Positions 49,131-62,303 of a stretch of 64,000 nucleotides of DNA are shown piece after piece. The stretch comes from Carcharhinus amblyrhynchos. Taxonomy: Eukaryota. Under the pieces are notes generated by a model. It was not told the origin of the DNA, did no database searches, and saw nothing but the letters and a program-made list of their open reading frames with translations. Location: assembly GCA_965287045.1 (NCBI GenBank), contig OZ336880.1, forward strand, positions 42,966,001 through 43,030,000, read 5' to 3'. The stretch's first letter is position 1. The number at the start of each line of letters is the position of its first letter. The position numbers and the translations under genes are program-made.

Positions 49131-50282
49131 GAACAAATTAAAAAGAAAATACACTGGATGGATTTAAAATTGGTAAGGAGGCATTGGATAAGCTGTCTGT
49201 ACTTAGTTGATAAGACACCAGGATTGGATGCGGTGCATCCAAGGAAGGATGGAAATTGAGGACACACTGGGCATAATTTTCCATTCTTCCTTTGATCTGG
49301 GAGTGGTGCTAGAGGGCTCCTTGTTTAGAAAATGGAGTAAGAATAAGCCTAGCAATTGCAGACCAGTCAGTTTTACTTTGGTGGGGAAGATTCTGGAAAT
49401 AACTTGGGAGCAGATTAATAGTCGCAGGACACAATTTCAAAATTAGAGGATGGAAAGAAACTTGACAGCGATATGAACTGAGGCAAATATTGTAGAACAT
49501 CAGAAGGACATAGACAAGCAGATGGAATGGGCAGGCAAATGGTGAATGCAGAGAAATATGAAATGTTTAATTTTGGTAGGAAGGAAATGGGCAGACAAGG
49601 TAAAAACAAAGGGGGATCAGCAGCAGAGGGACCTGGCGTACATTTGCATAAGTCAATTGAAAGTGGTAGGACATGTGGCGAGAATGGTTAATGAAGTACT
49701 AGTATATTGGGCTTTATTAATAGGGACATAAAGTACAAGTGCACAGAGGTTATGTTAAACTTGTTTCAAACACTGATTTGGCCTCAACTGGCCACTTCTG
49801 GGCATCGTGAAGGCATTGGAGAGTGCAGTAAGTATTCACAGGAATGGTTCAAGGGCGAGAAGCTTCATTTTTAAAGATAGATTGGGGAAGTTTGGATTGT
49901 TTTCCTTGGAGAAGAAAAAGCGGAAAGGGAATTTACTAGAGGTATTCAAAGTCATGAGATGTCTGGACAGAGTAGGTAGAGAAAAACTGCAGCCACCGGT
50001 GGAAAGATCAAGAATTTAAGGGATTTGGCAAAAGAAGCAATAATGGCATGAAACCTTTTTCATGTAATGAGTGATTTGGTCTGGAATATACTGCCTGAGT
50101 GTATGGTGGAGACTGGTTCAATTGTGACAAAGAAATTGGATTATTACCAAAAAAGGAAGAACGTACAGGATTACTGGGAGAAGGTCCTGGTGTGGCACTC
50201 AGCGAATTGTGCATTCCAAGAGCCTGTGCAGACACAAGTTGAATGGCCTTCTGTGATGTAACAGTTCTGTGATTCTGTGAAG
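49130..50282 (+). mobile_element. CR1 LINE 3' part
   Basis: Relics KPSNCRPVSFTLVGKILE and GLFSLEKKKRKGNLLEVFKVMRCLDRV, ending in the tail ttctgtgattctgtga. Confidence 0.85.
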
Positions 50283-50439
50283 ATGTGGCATGAGGTTTTT
50301 GTTGTTGGTAAGGCAGGGGCATGGGCATAGAAAGGCAGTGTATTGGGAATGTATGCTGTAACAATGAGGAGTTTTATCTGAATTCTAATTATATTTTAAA
50401 TTTTATGTTTAGGGAAAATTTTGGTTACTGTCATGTTAG

Positions 50440-50667
50440 TACCAAGATCAATTCCACCCTCTAAAGTCTATCTACATAGCTGAAGTCCTTCGTTCTGGCA
50501 CCACTCTGATAAATCCCTTTTTGCACCTTCTCCAGATACCTTGACATCTACCCTAAAGTGTGATGGCTAGCAATCGGCATAATAATCCAGTTGAGGCTTA
50601 ACAAGTGACATAGCATAAATCACTTGTTAGGCTTCAGCTGAATTATTGTGTTCAAATCTGGCATCAG
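50440..50667 (-). mobile_element. CR1 fragment ending in a fold-back (inverted duplication)
   Basis: Minus-strand CR1 sequence up to 50608, then its inverse tcacttgttaggcttcagctgaattattgtgttcaa (SLVRLQLNYCVQ, like CR1 VRP.LEYCVQ). Confidence 0.6.
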
Positions 50668-52440
50668 AATAAATCACTTTCTTCCAATAAAAATGAAAAA
50701 CTGGAGGGCAACTTAGCTGCAACAGTGATTTTGGGATTACCCATTTCCATTTTGGTTAAAAATGATTATGGTTAGACATGAAGCGAGAAACCAATTTAGT
50801 TTGATTTGTCCCACAGAACACACAGATTTTTCAGCTTATGCTTTTTTGGCTCTTGTGTTCTGTAATTTAAATACAATTTTCAAAGTAATTCGAGCAGATT
50901 TTGTGCTTGTCACAACTTGGAACTCAATATTCAGAAGAATAAGTTTAGGGGTGCTGTTACATTGTCACATTTATCTCAACCTATTAGGTTTGTTTCAATT
51001 CCATCCTAAAATATTTGTTTTCCTTAATTTGCTTCCTTGGCAGTTTATTTATTTCCCCTCCCCAAAAGCATGGATTTGTCATTGGGTACAATTCCACAGG
51101 TAACTGCTGCTTATATTTGAGCCTTGATTGGTTTTAGCAGGCACCGTGATTGCTGAACTTGACCTCATCTTTCATGATGGCTATGCACATGTACTCCCAG
51201 CAGCAATTGTTTTTCCTTTTTTCCTCCCTACTCCATACTTGGGGCAATAAGGCCAGATGTGGCATCCTTACAGCTGCCCTGGCTGTATTACATCAAAATC
51301 AGGTTGACACTTCCTGAGTTCTTTTGACTTAGCAGTTTATGATCAACTTGGTGAGCTTTCAGGGAGCCCTATATGCAGTCACATTGCTTTCTATTCGCTT
51401 GGAAATTAGGATAATTTACCTTGTGACTTAATGATAAAACTTTATTTAAATTAATTGGGAAATTCAAGGGATACAAGTAAAGTTAATGCCCTAACAACAA
51501 ATCTAATGCATTTTGGTGCCTTATTATCCAATTATTATATTTAAATTCAGTTTGCATAATTTGTGAATCAGTTGAGGTCCTAGTTTTGTTTTCATTGGAA
51601 TGGGAGTCCAGCAAATCAGTCACTTGATGCACACAATCTCAGTAACCCAAAAATGTCAAATAGAGTTTGACGGATACATAAAAGTAATTGATACTCAACA
51701 TAAATTAGATATGACATTAATGACCAGACAGGCACTTATGGATTCTGCAATCAAATTAAATTTTTCATTAACGGAAGAAGTAGTAACATTTTTTAATGTA
51801 TTGAGTAAAGAAGCTCTAAATGAGAACACAGTCTCCTCTTGAAAAGCAGTACACCACCTCTTTGATCTCTTAAAGCCAACTAATCACTTATTGAATTACT
51901 TAGTTTTCTCTTTTACACTCTCTTTAAATCTGGAACATAGCCTAATCTCATGTGACTCTTCATCATAGTTTCTCAATTTAAAAACTGAAAAAATAAAAAA
52001 CACATTATAGATGATTTCTCTACAAGTCAGTATTTTATAACAGGTTTCAATTAGAGATTGTGCTGTTCATTATTATGTAAATTATAGAAACTTCTTGGCT
52101 TTTTAGTTCACTATCTGCAATTCCTTGAAACCACCGTTGGTGGAATCCTATGATGTCTGCAGTTGCTGCTGTTTTGGCCTCCCTTTTAGTTTCCATATAG
52201 CTTTCTTCTCCTGGTTCCCCTTGTTTCTGATAACTCTTCAGAGGTATTTAAATGTTCTGTTGTTCAGTGGAATAGCTTTTGTCTGGTTCTGTATTGTATT
52301 CTGATGTCAGTCTTCATTTTTTTAATCAAAAGGAAATCTATGTCTTTTGAATTTAGTAGTGAACTTTTTTAACTGAGGATTGAAGGCACAGGACCAATGC
52401 GCACAGTGCAGGCAAGTAACAAAATTCAGTAAGGGAAAAG

Positions 52441-52729
52441 ATCATAGAATCTAATAGTACAGAAGAAAGCCATTTGGCCCATCGAGTCTCAATCGACCAC
52501 AATCTCAACCAGGCCCTATCCCCATAACCCCATGCCTAGCAGTTCCCCTGACACCAAGAGGCAATTTAGTCTGGCCAATCCACTGAACCCACACATCTTT
52601 CGAACTGAGAGGAAACTCATGCAGACATGGGGAGAACATGCAGACTCCGCACAGACAAGCCGGGAATCAAACATAGCTCCCTGGCGCTGCGAGGCAGCAG
52701 TGCTAATCACTGTGCCACCTCGCCGTCCC
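52441..52729 (-). mobile_element. tRNA-derived shark SINE (HE1-like)
   Basis: Minus strand has a tRNA-like head (ggcacagtgattagcactgctgcctcgcagcgccaggg...tttgattcccggc), a central core and a CR1-like tail ending attctatg. Confidence 0.85.
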
Positions 52730-52979
52730 ATCTTGGATAGTGATGCCCACATCCTGTGAATGAATAACGAGTGAGCCACAATTGAGCATGTGAGGTGAGC
52801 AGAGAGGCAGTTTCTAACCTGCTTGTCCCTTTGGGCACAGGGAGATGCAGAACGACATTCAGAGCCTGAATGTAATCAAAAGATCAACCAGGAAGTTGCT
52901 ATATATGTTTCTAACTTCCTCTAGAGTTGGAGGGAGCATTGGCAAGGCTGTAAGTTAGAGGTGGGTTAAAAAGGTTAAG

Positions 52980-53765
52980 CAGTGTTTCACTTGCACCTCT
53001 TTCAGTTTAGTCGATTGCATTTGCTACTCCCAAAGTGATGGCCTCTGTATCAGAGACATCAAGATTGCGCACAGACCGAAGGTGCTCAGCAAAGCAATCA
53101 GGACCCTGACCTTCTGGTTGCATGCCATTTTAATACATGATCCTGCACCTATGCCCATATGTCTGTCCTTGGCCTATTGCAATGTTTCAGTGAAGCTCAG
53201 TGCAAACTGAATGAACAGCATCTCATCTTCTGGCTCGGCACTTTTACAGGCTTCCAGTCTCAACATCGAATTGAACAACTTCAGATGATTAGCTGTGTCC
53301 CATCTTGACCCCTTTGTTTTCATTTTATTTAACTTTTTTTTACTTTTGTCTACCTTTTTTATTTCTTTATTGTCTTTCTTCATTTTTCTTCCCCCCCTAC
53401 TTTTATCCCTGTTTTCCTTCCCTTTACTCCACCTTTGATTCCCCTCTCCCCTTTTTCTAAATTTTATCTCTCTCCCACCCATTTTTTCCCTCACCTCCCC
53501 CCACATCTTCATCTGTCACAACTTACTTTCTGATTTCAGCTCATTTGCTGTTTGGTCATTCCCACCCTTTATTCTCTCTGTGGACTGCCCTTAGCAGCCT
53601 ATTCCCCTGGTTTTTGTGGCTATGATTCAGCTTTCCTTCCCTCGCTGTGCAGTATAAATATCTCCCACGTTCTTTGCCTTTTAGCTTTGACAGTCATCTA
53701 GACTCAGTGTCAGCTCTTTTCTCTCCCTACAAGTGCTGCTGAGATTTTCCAGTATTTTCTTTATT
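52980..53765 (+). mobile_element. Penelope-like element remnant
   Basis: Degraded GIY-YIG C-terminus (gaacagcatctcatcttc...ctcaacatcgaattgaacaacttcag), a long pyrimidine tract and the terminal motif tttgacagtcatctagactc. Confidence 0.65.
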
Positions 53766-55626
53766 GGCACGTCTGTATTTCTTTCTGAGCTCTCTTTTTC
53801 CCTGCAAATGTGGTTGGAAACTGCCAGTATAATGTGCTTCCATGTGTCGACGTTGTTTCCCTAAAGGTATTAAGGTTATTGACCCAATAATGCAGAAGAA
53901 TGATTCTGATGCTGAACTTGGCTTTACAAAACCTGCTGATTCAAAGAATAAGGAATTATTAGGTGAGGCAGGTGTTCACAATTTTGAACTCCCAGGGAAA
54001 AAAAGTGAATGGAGTTAGAATAGGCAACTGTCCAGTGTCATCTTTTCAATACTGTCAAGATGTAGAGAGGAGGAAGTTGTTGCCGGGAGCTTCTTTCAGC
54101 TGCAGAAAACCCTATTAGTCAGCTTTGAAAATAAAAAATTATGTTGTAGACAAAAATTTGGGTACAGAAAAGAATTGGCTGATTGAGAACAGCAGTTAGT
54201 GTGCAATGCTGCATTCGAAAGGGGTACCAGTGATTGAGGTGCCCCTGGGTTCAATTGCTAATTTACATCAAAATCATGAATATAACAGCAATTATTTAGA
54301 TTTATATGGTGCTTTTAATACTGAAAAATACCAGAGCATTTTGGAAAGCACAATCAGACAAGAAATGACACTGACTCATTATTTTAGCTGACCCGACACC
54401 TGGCGTTTGCCTACTGGGGATAATAATTTTTCTTCCTCCATTTTTTTCATTGGAGGTACAGTGTCAGGCACTAGCACTTTGTCCTTTTATTTAAATAACT
54501 TCTTCCTTGCTTAATTTTGGTTTAATTTTCTCATCCCACTTTTGACCACTTCAGATTTATCTGCCCCAGCCCTCCCCTGCTAATATCCTTCCCTTTTTGT
54601 AAACACTTGCAATGTACCTGTTAAATATCAGTGCAAATTTCCATTTATCCTTTAGCAACCCACTGAGCTCTCTTAGGGGCTCCATCTCCTGTTTGACAGT
54701 TCTCTTTCCAGATGTATTTGCAGAATGCAACACTGTTCGCAATTTTTTGAGATGTTCTACTACTTCCTCCTTGTTCCTTATCCTACTCTTTACCTCATTC
54801 CTTATTTTGTTGTCGTTTGATCTAGTAGATGCAGTGAATCGTTTCCTCTAATTATGCAATCCAATAAAAGGAGCCATAATAGAGTTATGCTACATATTGG
54901 CCATGCTCTATATTTGGATGGTGTAACAGGCTTAAGGAGTTGAATGGCTGCCTCCTGTTTCTATATTCCTCTCCTTCTTTACGTGACCACACTCCTCTTT
55001 TTTGCTGTTCCTTGCACAAACCTCTCTCTGGAAAGCAGGGAGCGAAGGCACCCTGCTTCGTGAAGACATTTATAATTTTATGAATTCTTTGTTTTACTAG
55101 AGCATTGATTTGGCATTTTTGTGGAAGCATGGCAATTGTTGAGTGCTGTACAGTATAAAAGATGATACCAACTGCAGTGTTTTTCACCTTTCTGTACTTG
55201 TAACAAAAGTAAATCTGCAGTTTTTGCAGGTGGGAATATAGGATATACATCGAGATTTACTGTCAGTTAGCAGTCCTTGCTATTTCTAGGTGTGCTAACA
55301 TTTTGATGAGGATGTGGTGAGTCATGTGGTAATATTTTTATTTTATAAAGCAGCATGCCATCAGATTGGTATCATCATTTGACCTATTTCATGTTTGCTT
55401 ATACCACTGACACTGTTCCATCTCAAATAACTTAAAATGGGCTTGCATTGGAAATGTATCTCAGATACATTCAGATATTCCTCATCTGTTAAGAAGCCAC
55501 ACCTTTTTAAAAAAAATGGCTAGTAAATTCAGTTCATACTAATGCTAAGTGCAATTCATTTGGACATTTGAAGTTACATCTATATATTTCATTGGATTTT
55601 TTAACACTTATTTTGTTTTGATGCAG

Positions 55627-55668
55627 GCAAAACCTTCCACGATAGAAGTATTAGAAAAAATTGACAAG
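55627..55668 (+). CDS. LNPK: Lunapark 42-bp coding exon (gene continues beyond the window)
   Basis: ttttgatgcAG|AKPSTIEVLEKIDK|GTAATA, versus human TKPSTVEVLESIDK. Phase 0 at both ends. Confidence 0.92.
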
Positions 55669-55975
55669 GTAATATTTTTCTTCAACCTTTCATAAATAGT
55701 ATGCAAGTTATTTTTAGTTGGTTTTACATGTTATTTTGTTTGCAGCTCTGTAGTGTTCCATCCTCAGGATTGTCTAAAGATTTCATCACAATACACCATT
55801 GAAGTTTTAGTAAAGCATCGAGAAATTGTGGCAATGTGTAAACTTTTAAGCGTGCAAACTGGGAGAAAGCCATTTTAACATAACTGACATTAAAAAAAAC
55901 CACATTGCACTTGCAATAATGAGTATTTGAACCTCCAAAACAGGTGAATCACCCAGTGGACTACTGAAATACCAA

Positions 55976-56286
55976 AGAATCATAGAATGCCGACAGTGCA
56001 GAAGGAGGTCATTTGGCCCATCTAGCCGGCACTGACAACAATTCCACCCAAGTCCTATCCGGCAACCCTATGTATTTACCCTGCTAGTCCCCTTGACACA
56101 GTGGGGCAATTTAGCATGACCAAACCACCTAACCTGCACGTCTTTGCAGGAAAGTAGAGCACCCAGAGGAAACCCACACTGACACGGGGAGAACATGCAA
56201 ACTCCACACAGGCAGTGACCCAAGCCAGGAATTGAATTTGGGTCCCAGGCACTGTGAGGCAGCAGTGCTAACTACTGTACCATCCC
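55976..56286 (-). mobile_element. tRNA-derived shark SINE (HE1-like)
   Basis: Co-linear with the copies at 52441 and 61999. Confidence 0.85.
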
Positions 56287-57277
56287 CTCAAGTTTAATTT
56301 TCCCACTCTCTCCAAAGGCCTGAAGTAGTTGTAATTTGTTGGTGAAACTAGTATCCAAAATGGTCTCTTATGGATGTGACATAACATTTCAAATGTGTAG
56401 GTATAGTATTGCAATAGGATTGGTGGGTGCAAGATGTAATTTTTTTTTATTATTGTTCTATTGGGCCTCCCATAACACTAATTAAAGCAGGTCTGAGGAT
56501 GCAATACTGTACAAAAACAACAGATGTTAAACCATATAACATACAAGGTGTTACTCTGCTGCTAAACGAAAGTTGTGTGCATCTAGATGTGGCCCTTTCA
56601 ATTAAAAATGCTGCACTGTGCTGAACTTTGAAGCTGACTTTCACCTTGCTACAGGAAAAACTTCCCAGTTTCCTTTTTTTTAAAGAAAGCACACTTCTGA
56701 AGTTAGTAGAAACACTGTTGGGAATAACCAGCTTGCCTTTTGAAGTATCATAGAAATTTACATGCATCATCGCTGCAGTGTGACAGCAGTGTTTCAAATT
56801 TAATAGATAATCACCTTGTGGATCTCTCTGTAAATTGTGCATGGTGATCATCCACTAGTTCCCTTTATGTATCTACTTAAATTTGTATATTAGCATTGTT
56901 GGTAAGAGTAATACACCAATTTTGAGATAGATAAATTGACATTGATAAAGTCATGGATTTTTGTGAATCTGCGCTGAGGATATAGAATTTCTGCAGCAAA
57001 TCCCAGACATTTACAGCATTGGAATAGGAATCCTGTGCTTTGGTATCCTTGGGGAGGAGTTCTGAAGTTTGGAAATGGCTCATGAGTGGTCCTGGAGTTT
57101 GCGACACCTGAGAAAAATGTCTGGTCTTCACCAGAACTGCAATTCACAGCTTGTAGTTTGGCTCACTTGGCCCCTCATGAATATTAGAATTGGGTATGTT
57201 CTGGAGCCAAAATTGGCTAGCTGAATTCCTAGGGCTGTCAACTCTCCCACAGAATATCTCTAACTCTCTAGAACCCA

Positions 57278-57641
57278 CGTAGTGGTATTGTTGCCAGACT
57301 AGTAATTCAGAGACCCAGGGTAATGCTCTGAAGACCTGGATTCAAATCCTACCATGGCAGATGGTGAAATCTGAATATCTGCAATTAAAGGTCTGACAGC
57401 CACAAACCCATCATTGATTGTCATAAAAACCCATCTGGTTCACTAATGTCCTTTTTAGGGAAGGAAATCCGACATCCTCATCTGATTTGGCCTACATGAG
57501 TCCAGATTCACAGCAATGTGGTTGACTCGTAAATGCTCTCTGAAATGGTTGAGCAAGCCATTCAGTTCAAAGGAAATTGGAGATGGGCTATAATGCTGGC
57601 CTTGCCAATGATGCTGGCATCCTATGAACAAGCAAAAAAAA
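57278..57641 (+). mobile_element. SINE, second family (tRNA-like head, LINE-type tail)
   Basis: gtagtggtatt...actagtaattcagagacccagg...ttcaaatcc...aaaaacccatctggttcacta...aatgctggccttgcc...A-rich end. Repeated at 57884. Confidence 0.75.
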
Positions 57642-57883
57642 CCTGTTTCTGAGGTACACTCTCAATCTGCTACTCTTAAACTTATAACCTCTCTCCAGTC
57701 TCATTTCTCCTCTCTCTCCAGTCTCCCATCCTTTGTTCCATACTACTCGCAGGCTTCCAGTAGATTGGTGGAAAGTAAGTGCTACATAACTGAGTGATGG
57801 AGCGATGTGTCATGGTAATAGTAGATGCAATTGAAACTGGGCCTCTAACAGTTGGTTGCAAAGGAAGATCAATAGTAAGTAAA

Positions 57884-58417
57884 GGGGAGGCACTGGCATA
57901 GTGGTAATGTAACTGAGCTAGTAATCCCAAGACCCAGGATAATACTCTGGGAACCAGCATTCGATTCCAGATGGTGCAATTGACATTCAATAAAAATCTG
58001 AAATGTAAAGTCTGATGATGACCATGAAACCATTGTCAACTGTTGTAAAAACCCATCTGGTTCACTATAGCAGAATTCCTACAGTGCAGAAAGAGGCCAT
58101 TCAGCCATTGAGTCTGCATCAACCCTCAAACAGGACCCCATCCAACCTGCTCTTCGCCCTATCCCCATAACCCCATGCATTTGCAATGGCCAATCCACCT
58201 AACCTACACACCTTTGGACTGAGAGGATACCAGAGTGCCCAAGAGGAAACCCACGGAGACGCAGGGAAAATGTGCAAACTCCAGACTGCAGCGATGTTGA
58301 CCCTTAAAATGCCCTCGTAATGTCTAGAAACCACTCGGTTCAAGAGCAAATAGAGATGGTCAATAAATGCTGGCCCTGCCAACAATGCCCACATCCCATG
58401 AATAAATTTTTAAAAAA
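57884..58417 (+). mobile_element. Second-family SINE interrupted by an HE1-like SINE (58068-58282, minus strand)
   Basis: Head matches the 57278 copy up to ctggttcacta (58067). A reverse, 5'-truncated HE1-like piece follows, then the tail aataaatgctggccctgccaacaatgcccacatcccatgaat resumes. Confidence 0.75.
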
Positions 58418-58999
58418 GAGATGTTTGGAGATTTGGGGCAGTAGAAGCTATTAGTTTCATGCTTGCTGTCTAACAGTGTTCCTTGTCCATATTTCCCCTT
58501 GCCATCTCTTGTCCCACTCCTATACTATGTTCATTTAAAGCTGTTTACACAACCCTGTTTAGAAAAAAAAACAAAATTCGCTCTTTGAAAAGCATATTGT
58601 ACTTGCAGTGAACGTCAACTGTTGTGCCTTTTAAAGAGTAAAGAGGTGCTTCTTGGCTTAAAGCTGGGGGACGAAGCAGAGGTGTAAAGAGATTTTTGCC
58701 AGACACCAAGACTTTATCATTTGGAAGGGGCTGTGTAATAGGTGTGGCAGGAATAGGGATGTAGTAGTATAGCAGTTGAAATATTGGACTTGCACCCTAA
58801 ACAATGGTCATCAGGCCGTAACCCACCATGCTGAGTTATTAAATTAAAATTTAATAAACCAGAAACCTTGTGAGATTACAGTCATGAAAGATGCTGCATT
58901 GTTTTAAAAATCCACCTTGGCCTCCAGACCCACTAAAGTAATTTAGCGAATCATTCAATTGTAATACAGTCTCAATAAAGTTTAAAATTAAGGAAAAAA

Positions 59000-61480
59000 A
59001 ATCAGATGAGCCTATTGCAATGAACTTGTTATTGGATCAGGACAAGAATTAGACAAGTTCAGCCCAGTGGGCCCTGCAAAAGTTTTCTTACTAGCATCAA
59101 CAACTAAGTTGGGACAGTTGTCCTAATAAATTCATTGCGCAACAACCTGATATAGGTTGGGTTCTGAGTTTGATTTTCAGCTAATAACTCAGTTTCCTTT
59201 GTTACTATCCTAAGATAATGTTCTGTTCCACAATTGGAACAGATTCACCAGAAATGGAGCACAGTATTATGCAGTCAAATAGCTGTGGTCCTTGGAGTCC
59301 TTTATCATTAACTTCAGGCTCTTGGCAAGCTTATGTCTTCAGGTGAAATGAGGTGTAGGTAGCTTGTTGATTATCCCATAATGAAGTAGTGCAGTAAACT
59401 CAAGAAGTTCCATTATTTTGTGACACTGCCAAGTCCTAAAGGGCATACAGATTGATCCATGTTAGATGTTGAGGAACCAATAATGGATCATAACCTACTC
59501 ATTCATGCAAATTTACCTGTGCGGAATGTATCCATGATAGTGTTGATAGGAGTGACTCTTGCACATTCCTTGTGAAGATAAAGTTCTGATTCCCTGCACA
59601 GATCATCTTCTGGGACTACTATAACTCAGTGATGCAGATTAAGGACATCAGTAGAATTGCATACCAGTACAATCTATAACATCATCCTTTGGCACATGCC
59701 TTGCTCCTTAATAACTGTCACACTGGAAGATTAACTCTGGTTCATTGGGATGTATAGAAGGGCACATCTTGAAATGAGCTACTGTATATGAACCAACCTG
59801 TGTGCTGAAAATCAATGGACTATGGACAGAGTTAAACATGCCCTAATCAATAAATCAGAGCAAAAAACTTGGTATCTGTTGCCTGCAGTCCAGAATAGTG
59901 AGAGAAAGTGACTCTGTGAGCGTTTCCTTTCTCAGCATAGTAGTGTTCAATTGTGAGTGGAAAAGACAAAAGCTGAGATATTTGTAAATGCCTTTAAGAA
60001 GTTGCAGAGTGGTTTTGCAAACTCCGTCCTTTCAGTTACTGTCTCTTACCTTTGTTGATGTCCGTGCCCTACAAATTCAATTAATTCCATGTGGCATTAA
60101 ACAGCTGCTTAATCCAGCAGGCACAGGGAAAGCTTTGAATTCTTGTAGCTTTTGAAGCTGAGAACCAATGCCTGAGACTTGGCTGTTCAATTACAGTTAT
60201 GACACAGGCATCCACCAGACAATGTGGAAGTGTTTTCAGATGTATGGCAGAGCTTTCCAAAAAAATTATTGTCATGTTAGGTGAGAAAATCAGTTTGATT
60301 TGCACCGGCATGCCCGATGCAATTGCCTGGCTTCAAAGAGATTGGCACCATTTTTAGAGGGCACCCCTCCAAATAAAGATACCCAATGCTTTGCCCCCTG
60401 CCACCCTGGTAGAAGGTGGAGAGGGCACTGTCCAGCTATGTCCCTGACTACCTGTAGACTTTAATGGCTTCTGAGCTGCTGGTATATGTTTGTCGAGACC
60501 AGTAGTGATTCGTGCCAGGTTCCCACTCTGTCAGAGGGTCTGAGAATCATATTTAAATATGTTACTCTGGTTCTTGCCCTCATGGGCTAGAATCGGATTA
60601 TATTGGGGACAGTGGTCTTGGAGAATCCCACAAAGGGTTCTCCCTGGTATTAAACATGCTACACCCCTCCTCCACAATTCTCCAATGCTGCGTAGCCCCA
60701 GCCTTAGCATGGAGAATCACTCCATACCCTCTTCTCAAAAAAAGATAAGATGCATCAACCCTGACCAATTGCTGCCTTATTAAACACCTTCCAATCATAA
60801 GTAAGGTGGTGAAAGACTGCATCAAAAGTGCCAGCAAGCGACACCTATTCACTACTCCGTTCAGGTTCCACCAAACCTACTCTGTCCTGGACCTCATCAC
60901 AGCATAGATCCAAACCAAATATCCAAATTAGTGAGAACAACTCAACATTTTGCTGAGTGTGGATACAAGGAGTCTAATTAGAGTCATGAGAAAAATTCTC
61001 TCAGGCGTTGGCATCATTTTTGATGTTCAAGAAGATTTTTGAGGTTGTCCGGAAGTAATTTTTGCAGGACTAGAGCATTGGTGAAAGAGATCCTTAGGGA
61101 ATCTTCTTTGGCCCAACCTGCAGTTACTTCATCAACTACCTTCCCTCCATTGTAAGGCCAGGATTGGGGCATATTTCTGATGATTACATGGGGTTCCACT
61201 CCATTTACAGACCTTCTGGTGATGAAGCAGCTCATTGCCAGGCTTGGGCTGACAAGTCCCAGGTATCTTGCATGCCATGCAAGCATCAACAAGAAACAGA
61301 ACCACATCTGTGATCTACAACAGTACCATCATTGCTGTCTCCCACTGTCAAAATTGTGTGTAGACCATTGACTAGAATCATTACCAGACCAGCTACATGA
61401 GCACTGACTACAATGATAGGGTAAAGATCTGGGTACTTTGTGTCATATGGCTTACCACTTGACTCATCAAAGCCATGTAC
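59000..61480 (+). mobile_element. Old degraded LINE, same family as 47860-49130
   Basis: Shared degraded motifs, e.g. ggcttgggctgacaag versus gggcttggactaatcaa and ctccgttcaggttcc versus ctcagtttgggtttt. Boundaries are approximate. Confidence 0.5.
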
Positions 61481-61998
61481 AAAGCTGAAGACTCTTTACT
61501 TTTCCTTTTCCCACAGAAACAACTTCATGTGCTTAATATATTATCCCTGCTGTATAAGGCAGCATCACTTCCTTTTCTGTTGGGTGTATTTTTGGAACAT
61601 TCAGTATCCTTGAATTTGAATTCATTTCAATCCTCCAGGTTTAACCATGCTTTAGTGACTCCCACCACTGTAACCTTAGTTCTGGAATCTTACTTTTAGT
61701 GCTTCCAACAGTTCTATAGATGCTTCCTTCCATACTCCCTAATGCCTGCCAATCCTTGTCTGTTTTTGCTTTTGTATGTCATTCAAAGTATTCTTGTCCA
61801 TACCTACCTGTTGACTACCCTGTGACTTGTCTCATCTGGGATTGTTTCCTGCAAATCCCATCTTCTCTTCCCCAGTATATCTAGTTTAAATATTTCTCAG
61901 TTGCTACATCAATATCATTTGTAATTTGTTCCTATTCAGTTTCAATACGGTCTATCTCCCCATACCAGCCATTTGTTTTATTAAAGTATTTCCAGTTA

Positions 61999-62303
61999 TC
62001 ATAGAATCATACAATGTAGAAGGAAGTCATTTGGCCCATCGAGTCTGCACTGACCACAATCTTACCCTGGCCCTATCCCCATGCATTTACCCAAGCTAGT
62101 CTCTCTGACACTAAGGACAACTTAGCATAGCCAATCCATCTAATCTGCACGGACTGTGGGAGGAAACCGGAGCACTTAGAGGAAACCCACACAGACATGG
62201 GAGAACGTGCAAACTCCACACAGACAGCGACCCAAGCTGGGGCTTGAACCTGGGCTCCTGGCGCTGTGAAGCAGCAATTCTAAACAGTGTTAACGTGTCA
62301 TCC
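61999..62303 (-). mobile_element. tRNA-derived shark SINE (HE1-like)
   Basis: Co-linear with the copies at 52441 and 55976. Confidence 0.85.

Noticed and set aside
52640-52729. tRNA-like A/B boxes
   Set aside because: SINE head rather than a tRNA gene; the same applies at ~56200-56286 and ~62220-62300.
53174-53512. Lys/Gly/Arg-rich 112-aa ORF
   Set aside because: Reverse reading of the pyrimidine tract of a Penelope-like remnant.
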